Positions 18,763 through 26,734 of a DNA stretch of 64,000 nucleotides are shown here, piece after piece. The position numbers and the translations under genes are program-made. The DNA lies in the NCBI GenBank assembly GCA_965221775.1, contig CBDCSU010000006.1, forward strand, positions 1,088,001 through 1,152,000, written 5' to 3'. Position 1 is the first letter of the stretch. Each line of letters begins with the position of its first letter. This stretch comes from Candidatus Latescibacterota bacterium (GTDB lineage Bacteria; Latescibacterota; UBA2968; UBA8231). The notes beneath the pieces were generated by a model that was not told the DNA's origin, did no database searches, and was given only the letters and a program-made list of their open reading frames with translations.

Positions 18763-19968
18763 ATGACCAAGGCTCTTCTATCGACCTTCGACGTGCCTGG
18801 GCTATTTGCTAGCTATCGGATCGGGGACTATCCGAGTGCTGGGCTACGTTGCCACCCGTGGAGGTTGACCCAGACGAAAGGGATATTGCTCAATGCGTTT
18901 GACCTACTGGCGAATAGGCGAACCCGGAAGTCTGTAGCCGAGATGCGAAGTGGCGGGGGGCACTTGCACGAGTACGTTGAATTTGATGGTCCCCTGATCC
19001 TTGACTCAGGAGCGTTTAATTTCCTGCGGCGGGAGGAACTGACCATATCGGCTAGTGAGGTCCTATCGATTGGGATTGAACTGGGTGCGGATGTGTCGGT
19101 TGTACTGGACCACCCATTCACGCCCACGACAGATAGTGATGAAGTTGAGAGGCGCTGGGCGAACACTGTGAGGAACACCCGGGAGATGTTTCGTGCGCTG
19201 GAGGGGGTCAACCCTTCTCTTCTTTCGGAGGGCTTTAGGCTGATACCAGTTGTCCACGGCCATAATGAAGAGAGTCTTTCGAAGGGCATAGAGGACATTA
19301 GGGAGATTCTGGGACGGGAGCCGGAGATCCTTGGAATCGGGAGCCTAGCACCGCTTGCGCTGAATGGCAGCAAACGTACGGTTGTAGAGGTCATTACGGA
19401 GACGAGGAGGCTATTGCCGAGTACGCACCTGCATTGTTTCTCGCTTGGTTCCGCGCTACTGATGCTCCTGGCCTTTTACTGCGGGGCAGACAGCGTTGAT
19501 TCGCAAACCTGGATGATGAGTGCTGCGTTCAAGCAAGTGCAATTGCCGGGCTTGCACCTGACCCGTTTCTCACGCCGTGAGGCTGAGAGGAATCCTGAAA
19601 GGTATGGACGGGATCGTGGGGTATTCGCCGACCACCTTGTCCGGCTTATTGGAGAGGAGAGTTTCTGCCCGAAGGATTGGGACACGGGAGAGGCTTGGCC
19701 AATCAGGGATGAGCGAGATGCGTTGGCATACATTGAGTATCTGGAAGATGGTCCGGGAGAGAACCATGTTCATCGACGCGCATGTCACAATTTGCATGTG
19801 TTCAACTTTGAGGCTGGCCGCGTTCGAAGGGAGATGAGTGTAGGCTCCCTCGATAGCTTCGTGGAAAGGCGTATCGAGGGAACGGTGTATCGAAGAGTGT
19901 GGGAATATGCACGTGAGAGGAAGGTGAGGAAGGGCACCCTAGGCGATTGCTATAGCGGGATTTCCTGA
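18763..19968 (+). CDS. Divergent tRNA-guanine transglycosylase (TGT/DpdA-like) family protein
   Basis: LILDSGAF, VLDHP, IPVVHG, GIGSL, HLHCFSLG, GADSVDS, CHNL; no CxCxxC zinc motif. Confidence 0.85.
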   Translation: MTKALLSTFDVPGLFASYRIGDYPSAGLRCHPWRLTQTKGILLNAFDLLANRRTRKSVAEMRSGGGHLHEYVEFDGPLILDSGAFNFLRREELTISASEVLSIGIELGADVSVVLDHPFTPTTDSDEVERRWANTVRNTREMFRALEGVNPSLLSEGFRLIPVVHGHNEESLSKGIEDIREILGREPEILGIGSLAPLALNGSKRTVVEVITETRRLLPSTHLHCFSLGSALLMLLAFYCGADSVDSQTWMMSAAFKQVQLPGLHLTRFSRREAERNPERYGRDRGVFADHLVRLIGEESFCPKDWDTGEAWPIRDERDALAYIEYLEDGPGENHVHRRACHNLHVFNFEAGRVRREMSVGSLDSFVERRIEGTVYRRVWEYARERKVRKGTLGDCYSGIS

Positions 19969-19983
19969 CGTGTATGTGTATTT

Positions 19984-20353
19984 TGTACAGTGACGGTAAT
20001 GACCTGACACTGCCCCTGCTCGGGGATGAGGGTAGCGGCGATTTTCTGCATGGCAGCCTCCTTGGCTCGGGGCTTGGTTGGGACCCCCTTCTTGAAAGCC
20101 TGCAGCGGCGTCAGGCCGTTCATGTTGCGGCCCTGGTGGGGGCGCTTCTCGTTGTACTGGACCAGGTAAGCATCCAGATCCTTCTGCATCGGGTCAATCG
20201 ACTCATACCAGGTCTTGCGGGCCCACGACGCGGAAGTGCCCGTCGAGAATGGTCCGGTGCAGTCGCTCCAAGAAGCCGTTGGTCTGGGGACTCTTCATCT
20301 TGGTGGTGCGGTGCTCGATCCCTTCCAGCTGCAGGAAGAACTCATAGGGATGC
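19984..20353 (-). mobile_element. IS481-family remnant (transposase 3' part plus terminal repeat)
   Basis: GIEHRTTK..PQTNGFLERLHRT, frameshift, YNEKRPHQG; end sequence TGTACAGTGACGGTAATGACCTGACAC. Confidence 0.8.
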
Positions 20354-20380
20354 CGAATTCGCGCAGTTAGGGAACACGTA

Positions 20381-20820
20381 GGTACAAACCGGGTTGATGG
20401 TAACACTTCTGACCGGTTTGATGCGTGACACTCCCCGGTATCTTGGACCGACCCCCAAGCAGGAGGTTGGTCGATGCCGTGGATGGAGACCGCACCCGTG
20501 GAGCAGAGAGAGCGATTCATCGCTGATCATCGACCCGGTCACTTGACGATGACGGAGCTGTGCCGACGATACGGCATCAACCGCAGACGGGCTACAAGTG
20601 GCTTCGACGACACGCCGACGAGGGGCGGCCGGGCCTGCAGGACCGCAGCCATGCGCCGCACCACTGCCCCCACCGCCTGGAGCCGGAGATCGCCGGGCTG
20701 ATCCTCCGGGCGCGGCGACGGCATCCCGACTGGGGGCCTCGGAAACTGCTGACCTGGCTGACGTCCCGTCACCCGAGGATCTCGTCGTGGCCAGCGGTCA
20801 GCACGGCGGGCGATCCGAGA
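20381..20820 (+). mobile_element. Second IS481-family remnant (left end plus transposase 5' part, frameshifted)
   Basis: MPWMETAPVEQRERFI...ELCRRYGI / QTGYKWLRR...LQDRSHAP...HPDWGPRKL; end has repeated ACCGGxTTGATG..ACACT boxes. Confidence 0.8.
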
Positions 20821-21799
20821 CCGGCACAGGACCCTGAATGACCGTATCGAGACGACATTCTTCGGCCAATCTCTGGACTTGGGAGCGTCTGGTATGGGCT
20901 ACACGCTCAACAATGACGGCGGGGGGCTGGGCAAGTTCAACGTCGGTGGATCGTTCGTGAATGGCGAGCCAGTGCTCGACGGGGAGTTTGAGTTGGCCCG
21001 CCGGCAGAAGATTGATGTCAGGCTCTCCAACCTCCAAGTGGCCTACTTGGTGAAGTATGGAGCGATCGCGGTCGGGTACATCCCCAAGCAGTGAGCACGT
21101 TAGGAGGAAGCAGTGGCCTGCGGCATTTCGGCGCCAGAACAGTAATCATGCGGCGGCTAGCGGAGTTGCCTGGAACCTGATGAACTCTCCATCCAAGACG
21201 AGTACGCAGAGCGTCGCGGAACGGCAAGCGAAGTACAATCGCAAGGACGACCAGGAGTAGATCGGCCTTTGGACAAGAAAACTCTTTGAGAAAGGAAGTG
21301 CCTGATCGCAGAGCCTGTTGTCATGAACGAGCAGCCCGTCCTCTCCATAGGAGACGCAGAACGTATCGTCTACATGGACAAAGAGGAAGGGTGGGCGGTT
21401 GTGGCTTTAGGCAAAGAGACCCGTAACCGTCTTGGGATTCGATGGTTCAAGTCACGAAGTGGATGCCGGGGACTTTCCAAGCCATTCTTTCAGGCGTCAC
21501 GGAGCATTTAGCCACATCCACTCAAGGGTTCCTTGAAGCGGAGTAAAGTGTTTCTGAGCAGTATCCTTCGTAGGAAGGTGTTGTCACGGTAGAGCCGGTA
21601 GATTGGCCGGAGGCATGGGAAGCTCTCGACGAGCTTCCCGCACAAGCCAGGGCGCATCTTGTTTGGTATCCCGGCGTGTCCTGGATGGATTGATGGGGAG
21701 TAGGGTGGCGGCACCATTTACGCCCCGGCGTCATCCACAACACCGACGGGACAGTCCGGTTGTGAGAAGTGAGCCAGCTGCGCCCATTCTGGACTACGG

Positions 21800-22598
21800 C
21801 ACATACCGCGGATACCGCGTGCCGGTCGCTGCCGCCCGGGACCTGTGTGAACGTGAAGGTCTGCCTCGACCACGCCGCCTGAAGCGGATCATGCGCGGCG
21901 AGGTGAATGCGTCGTCCCGTCTCGACTTTGACGATGCAGCTCCGCTGATACTCAAGGTCTGGGTCCGAACGTCGGACCCGGAGCGAATGCGGCATGCAGA
22001 GTCTGTCGCTCGCCAACTCCGGCAACTGACTGGTGTACCGACGCCTTCATGGAAGACTGCGGGCTCGTCTTGAGAGAGATGCACGAGTCCGGCATCGATG
22101 TCCCAGGTCCCGCGGACGCGCAGGCATGGGCCGATGAAGACCTCACCCGATTCGCCCACTCCGTTGAGCAGCTCAATGACCAGGCCTGGATCCAGAGCCA
22201 TGCTCGATCGAGCTGTGCGCTTGTGGAAGGGAAACTCGAGTCTGCTTCAGGAGGCAGGGGGACTGTCTTTCGTCCACTATGACTTCCAGCCACACAACCT
22301 CCGAGTCGAGCCTGTCTCCGGTCGAATCGTCTCGGTCCTCGATCTGGATAACAGTACGCGCGGCCCGGCGTTCTCGGATATCAGAGATCTCCTGCTGACG
22401 GTCTTCGTCCCGGATCCCGGTTCGGCAGAACCGTTCTGGCGGGCGTATGGCCCTGTGGATGAGCAGAGGAGACTGGTCTTGCGCCTGCACTCACTCGCTC
22501 GAGTGCTCGATGTCCTCCGGGCCTACGCAGGCCCCGCTCCAGGAGGATGGAACCACACCACAGTGGCGACCTTGCTTGAGGACATAGAGACGGCCTAG
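21800..22598 (+). pseudogene. APH/choline-kinase-like phosphotransferase, frameshifted
   Basis: GEVN..LILKV N-lobe in one frame, middle in another, VHYDFQPHNL...VLDLD in third; start approximate. Confidence 0.65.
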
Positions 22599-22602
22599 TT
22601 CC

Positions 22603-24135
22603 TCAGAACGGCGTCCAGTTCGGATGCATGTCGTCGTGCGGATCCTCGGTCACCCGCACCTCCTCCCCGCCCTCGACGGGGATGATCCAGATGTCGTAGC
22701 GGATGTCCTGCTCCGACTGCCGCGCGAAGGCGATGCGGGTGCCGTCGGGGGACCAGGTGGGGTTGCTGTCCCAGGTCTCGGCGAAGGTCAGCTGCCGGGC
22801 GTTGGTGCCGTCGGCGGTCATGACATAGACGTGGCTGAACTCGTTGGCGGTGTCCGACAAGGTGTAGGCGATCCAGGCTCCGTCGGGCGACCACGAAGGA
22901 TGCCTCCCGCGCTGGCCTTCCGGCAGCGGCGAGAGGATTCCGCTGTCCGGGTCCAGGAGATGGATCCCCCAGGCCTCCTCCGGACCGGAGACACAGGCGA
23001 TGGACGAGCCGTCGGGGGACCACGCCGGCGAGTAGGCCCAAGGGGCGGCGGGCTCGGAGGTGAGCTGCTCCACGCCGCTGCCGTCGGCGTTCATGACGAA
23101 GATGTGGTCCGTCCCGGCCCGTTTCGACTCGAAGGCGATGCGCCGGCCGTCGGGGGACCAGGCGGGACTTGAGTCCCAGGCCTCGTGGCGGGTGAGGTTC
23201 ACCGGATCTCCGCCGTCGGCGTCCATGACGTAGATCTCCATGTTGCCGTCCCGGCGCGAGGTCAGGGCCACTCTCGTCCCGTCCGGCGACCGCGCCGGCT
23301 CCTCGCCGTTGCGCGTCTGGTAGTGTTGCTCCAGGGAGTCGGGCTCGGAGCCGTCGGAACGGGGGACGGCGGCCAGGACCGAACACAGGTTCACGACCTC
23401 GCCCGTCTCCAGGTCCAGAGAGTGCACCTCGAGACCGGACAGGTATCCACTCATCAGGCGGCGGTTCGAGGAGAACAGGAGCAGCGAGCTTCCCAGGGGA
23501 GGGCCGGGCCCCTCGGGCGGGACCACCTCCACGCTGTCCTCCGGCTCGGGCGCGGTGAACTCCACGGTCACGCCGCGCTCCCCCAGGGCCGCGAGCTGGG
23601 CCCGAGCCGCCTCGCTCAGCGGGTTGCCGGTGAGATCCACGCTCTGCAGGCTGTCGAGACCCGCGAGGTCCGACACCTCCGTCACCCCGTTGTCGGCCAG
23701 CAGCAGCACCCGCAGGCCCTTCAGCGACGCCAGGGCCGACACCTCCTCGACCCGGTTGGCCCCCAGGTCGAGGTAGCGCAACCGCCTCAGCCCGGCCAGC
23801 GGCGACAGATCCCGGATCTCGTTGCCGTACAGGTCCAGGACCTCCAGTCGCGTCAGCTGCTCGATGCCGCCCAGGTCGGCGATCCCCCGGTCCTTGGCCG
23901 TCAGCGAGACCAGTCCCGCCGCGTCGCCGGTCCCGCCCGCGGCCTGCTCCACCGCCGCCTGCAGGGCCGAGTCCGCGAAGGCCGGGGACGTGCCGACGCC
24001 GCCGGTGCCCCCGGGGTCGGGGTCCGGTCCGCTGGGGCCCTCCGGACCCGACCCGCAGGCGGCCAGGGCCAACACCGCCAGCATCGTGCCGCCGAGGATC
24101 TCCGCCGCCGTCCTGCCTGCCTTCGAAGGGTCCAT
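22603..24135 (-). CDS. Lipoprotein with internalin-like LRRs and TolB-like PD40 beta-propeller
   Basis: Lipobox LAACG; LxxLxLxxNxIxDLxxL repeats; multiple PAWSPDG repeats. Confidence 0.85.
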   Translation of the reverse strand: MDPSKAGRTAAEILGGTMLAVLALAACGSGPEGPSGPDPDPGGTGGVGTSPAFADSALQAAVEQAAGGTGDAAGLVSLTAKDRGIADLGGIEQLTRLEVLDLYGNEIRDLSPLAGLRRLRYLDLGANRVEEVSALASLKGLRVLLLADNGVTEVSDLAGLDSLQSVDLTGNPLSEAARAQLAALGERGVTVEFTAPEPEDSVEVVPPEGPGPPLGSSLLLFSSNRRLMSGYLSGLEVHSLDLETGEVVNLCSVLAAVPRSDGSEPDSLEQHYQTRNGEEPARSPDGTRVALTSRRDGNMEIYVMDADGGDPVNLTRHEAWDSSPAWSPDGRRIAFESKRAGTDHIFVMNADGSGVEQLTSEPAAPWAYSPAWSPDGSSIACVSGPEEAWGIHLLDPDSGILSPLPEGQRGRHPSWSPDGAWIAYTLSDTANEFSHVYVMTADGTNARQLTFAETWDSNPTWSPDGTRIAFARQSEQDIRYDIWIIPVEGGEEVRVTEDPHDDMHPNWTPF

Positions 24136-24241
24136 GAATCACCGTCCTTTGAGGAGTCCTCGTGAGCTATTGGCAAACGTGGACCTGGTCAAGCTCGGCG
24201 CTCCTTGACCCCGCCCCACGGCCGCGCCTGCTTGTGCCGCC

Positions 24242-25888
24242 ATGAGCTGGCCTCCGCGCATCATCCACAACACCGACGGGCACTGGATCATCAACTACCA
24301 GGACCGCCGCGAGCCCGGGGACATCGTCCGGCTGATACCCGTCCTCGCCGAGGCCGGGGTGGACGCCCTCTCGGTGCTGGCCGGCATCGACGACGACATC
24401 TCCTGGCGGGGCAGCCCGCACGCCCAGCTCTACGGCGACCACATCACCGAGTGGCAGCCGGACCCGGTTCCCCGGGACATCCACGGTCACCCGCTCAAAG
24501 CAGAGCAGGCGCCCCACATCCACGGGCGGCCGATCAAGGAGGTCGGGGGCCGCCGGCCGGCCGACGCCCACGAGTTCCTGCACCTGCTCCTCGACCAGGT
24601 GATCGCCGACGGCCACGAGCTGATGCAGATCTACATCGACGGCGCCCGCCGCAGCGGCCTGCCGATCTACGCCGGCTTCCGCATGAACGACGCCCACGCC
24701 TGCGACGAGGCCAGGGGCTGGTACGGGCGCTCGCGGCAGAAACAGGAGCGCCGCCACCTCCTCATCGGCTCGCCGGTGCCCTTCGGCTGCCGCCACGGCG
24801 CCGACTGGTCGTTCTCGTGGGTGTGGAACTACGCCGAGGAGGAGGTGAGGGAGCGCTTTCTCGGGCTCTTCGACGAGACCCTGGAGCGCTACGACTTCGA
24901 CGGACTGGAGCTGGACTTCAGCCGGGCGCCGCCGTTCTTCCGGACCGGCGAGAAGTTCGCCAACATCCCGGTCATGACCCGCTTCATGGGGCAGGCCCGG
25001 CAGCTGGTGGACCGCCGCGGCGCGGAGGCGGGGCGGGAACTCCGCCTGATCGCGCGGGTGCCCGCCGGCCTCGGTGAGTCGCTGGAAGAGGGGCTGGACG
25101 TGGAGACCTGGATCCGCGAAGGGCTGGCCGACGCGGTGGTGCTCGGCTCGCCGGGCTACTGCGTGCACGAGATCGACGTCGGCCCGGCGGCGGCCCTGGC
25201 CCGGGAGAGCGGCGTGGCGGTCTACACCGGGTTCGACACCAAGACCTACACGGCCTCACCCCAGGAGGGCTACGAGGAGAGCCCCGCCAGCGTGCTGCGG
25301 GCGGCGGCCCTCAACGGCTACCGGGACGGCGCCGCAGGCGTCCACCTCTTCAACTTCGGCTACCCCTCCCACCGCGCCGCGCCGGCCGCCAGCGGCGACT
25401 TCAACGACTTCGACGACTACCACCTGCGCATGGTGGCCGAGCTGCGCGACCCGGCGGTCCTGGAGCGGCGCAACCGCTGCTACTACCTGCCCGCGGCGGC
25501 CGGCCCCGACCACCGGCCGCAACTGCCGCGCAAGCTGGCCCTCGCCGGCCGCGGCGCCGGGCCGGAGCACGCCCTGCGGATCCGCGTCGACGACGACATC
25601 GAGGCGGGACTCGCCGAGGGGCGGATCGCCCGGTGCGAGCTGCGCCTGTGCCTGGAGGACTGCGAGGGGGCGGAGGGCCGCCTTCACCTAACCGTCAACG
25701 GCACGCGGCTGGACCCGTCTGCCGATCGAATCGTGGAGAGCAGCCGCGGCCGGCGCTGGAGGGTCTTCGACGGACCGCCCCTGCGCCGGGGGATCAACAC
25801 CGTGCTCGTCATCCTCGACGGCAGCCGTACGCCCTCGCCGTGGCCGCGCCTGGAGAGCTGCGAGATCCTGCTGCTGGCCCCCGACTGA
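24242..25888 (+). CDS. Glycoside hydrolase-like 10 (DUF187-like) TIM-barrel protein
   Basis: FRMNDAH, WNYAEEEVR, YDFDGLELDFSR, GVHLFNF. Confidence 0.7.
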   Translation: MSWPPRIIHNTDGHWIINYQDRREPGDIVRLIPVLAEAGVDALSVLAGIDDDISWRGSPHAQLYGDHITEWQPDPVPRDIHGHPLKAEQAPHIHGRPIKEVGGRRPADAHEFLHLLLDQVIADGHELMQIYIDGARRSGLPIYAGFRMNDAHACDEARGWYGRSRQKQERRHLLIGSPVPFGCRHGADWSFSWVWNYAEEEVRERFLGLFDETLERYDFDGLELDFSRAPPFFRTGEKFANIPVMTRFMGQARQLVDRRGAEAGRELRLIARVPAGLGESLEEGLDVETWIREGLADAVVLGSPGYCVHEIDVGPAAALARESGVAVYTGFDTKTYTASPQEGYEESPASVLRAAALNGYRDGAAGVHLFNFGYPSHRAAPAASGDFNDFDDYHLRMVAELRDPAVLERRNRCYYLPAAAGPDHRPQLPRKLALAGRGAGPEHALRIRVDDDIEAGLAEGRIARCELRLCLEDCEGAEGRLHLTVNGTRLDPSADRIVESSRGRRWRVFDGPPLRRGINTVLVILDGSRTPSPWPRLESCEILLLAPD

Positions 25889-25891
25889 GCA

Positions 25892-26335
25892 ATGCACGAG
25901 CTGAGTTGGGAGTTCTGCTGCGTCATCGACGCGCCGGTGGACGAGGTCTTCACGGCGATCACGGACAAGGACGCCATCAGCACCTTCTTCACCGACGCCT
26001 CGAGCGCTTCCCTCGAAGCCGGGCGCACCGTCCTGTGGCGGTTCGGCGATCTCGAGATCGACGTCCACGTCGAGGAGGTCGTCCCCGGCGAGCGGATCGT
26101 CTGCAACTGGCCCGCCTGCAACGACGTGGGCTATCGGACGCGCTTCACATTCGCCTTCGAGGCGCTGGGTGAGGGCACGAAGGTCGTCGTGAGCGAGTCC
26201 GGCTGGCGCGCCGATGGCGAGGGGACCGCCAGCGCCTTCGAGCAGTGTTCGGGTTGGACCCACTTCTTCGCCAGCCTCAAGGCCCGTCTCGAGCACGGCG
26301 TCGACCTGAAGCGCTTCTACTGCGACGGCGGCTGA
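25892..26335 (+). CDS. SRPBCC/AHSA1 domain protein
   Basis: IDAPVDEVFTAITD, GWTHFFASLKARLE. Confidence 0.85.
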   Translation: MHELSWEFCCVIDAPVDEVFTAITDKDAISTFFTDASSASLEAGRTVLWRFGDLEIDVHVEEVVPGERIVCNWPACNDVGYRTRFTFAFEALGEGTKVVVSESGWRADGEGTASAFEQCSGWTHFFASLKARLEHGVDLKRFYCDGG

Positions 26336-26341
26336 GGCGGG

Positions 26342-26722
26342 TCAGCCCTCCGTCAGGATGGCGTACGCCTCGATCTCGACCCGCAGTTGGGGCCTCCCCA
26401 GGGCCGCCACCTGCACCAGCGTCGACGCCGGCTTGACGTCGGCGAAGCGCTCGTGGTGGGCCCGGGCGACCTCCTTCATGTCCGAGATGTCGGTCACGTA
26501 GACCACCGTCCTCACCACGTCCTCGATGCGCGCCCCCGCCTCGGCCAGGGCCGCGGCGATGATGTCGAGTGCGGCAACCGACTGCTCGTAGGTGCCTCCC
26601 TCGTCGTGGGGCGGGCGGGCGCAGGTGCCGGCCACGTGGACGTGGTCGCCGACGCGCACCGCCCGCGAGTAGCCGTACTCCTCCTCGAAGGGGTTGTTGC
26701 TCGATATGTTCCGCCGTTCCAT
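26342..26722 (-). CDS. RidA/YjgF family protein
   Basis: GYSRAVRVG, PASTLVQV, VEIEA. Confidence 0.9.
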   Translation of the reverse strand: MERRNISSNNPFEEEYGYSRAVRVGDHVHVAGTCARPPHDEGGTYEQSVAALDIIAAALAEAGARIEDVVRTVVYVTDISDMKEVARAHHERFADVKPASTLVQVAALGRPQLRVEIEAYAILTEG

Positions 26723-26734
26723 GGATCTCCTCTT

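Larger units (their letters stand above)
10978..22598. mobile_element. Degenerate genomic island at tRNA-Glu
   Basis: Integrase remnant abuts tRNA 3' end; visibly lower GC; IS fragments and pseudogenes; right boundary judged from composition only. Confidence 0.75.

Noticed and set aside
18763-19968. Housekeeping queuine tRNA-ribosyltransferase (tgt)
   Set aside because: Lacks the zinc motif and canonical N-terminus, has atypical composition and island context; symbol not assigned
22560-22602. attR at island right boundary
   Set aside because: No copy of the tRNA 3' end found by eye; boundary rests on composition only
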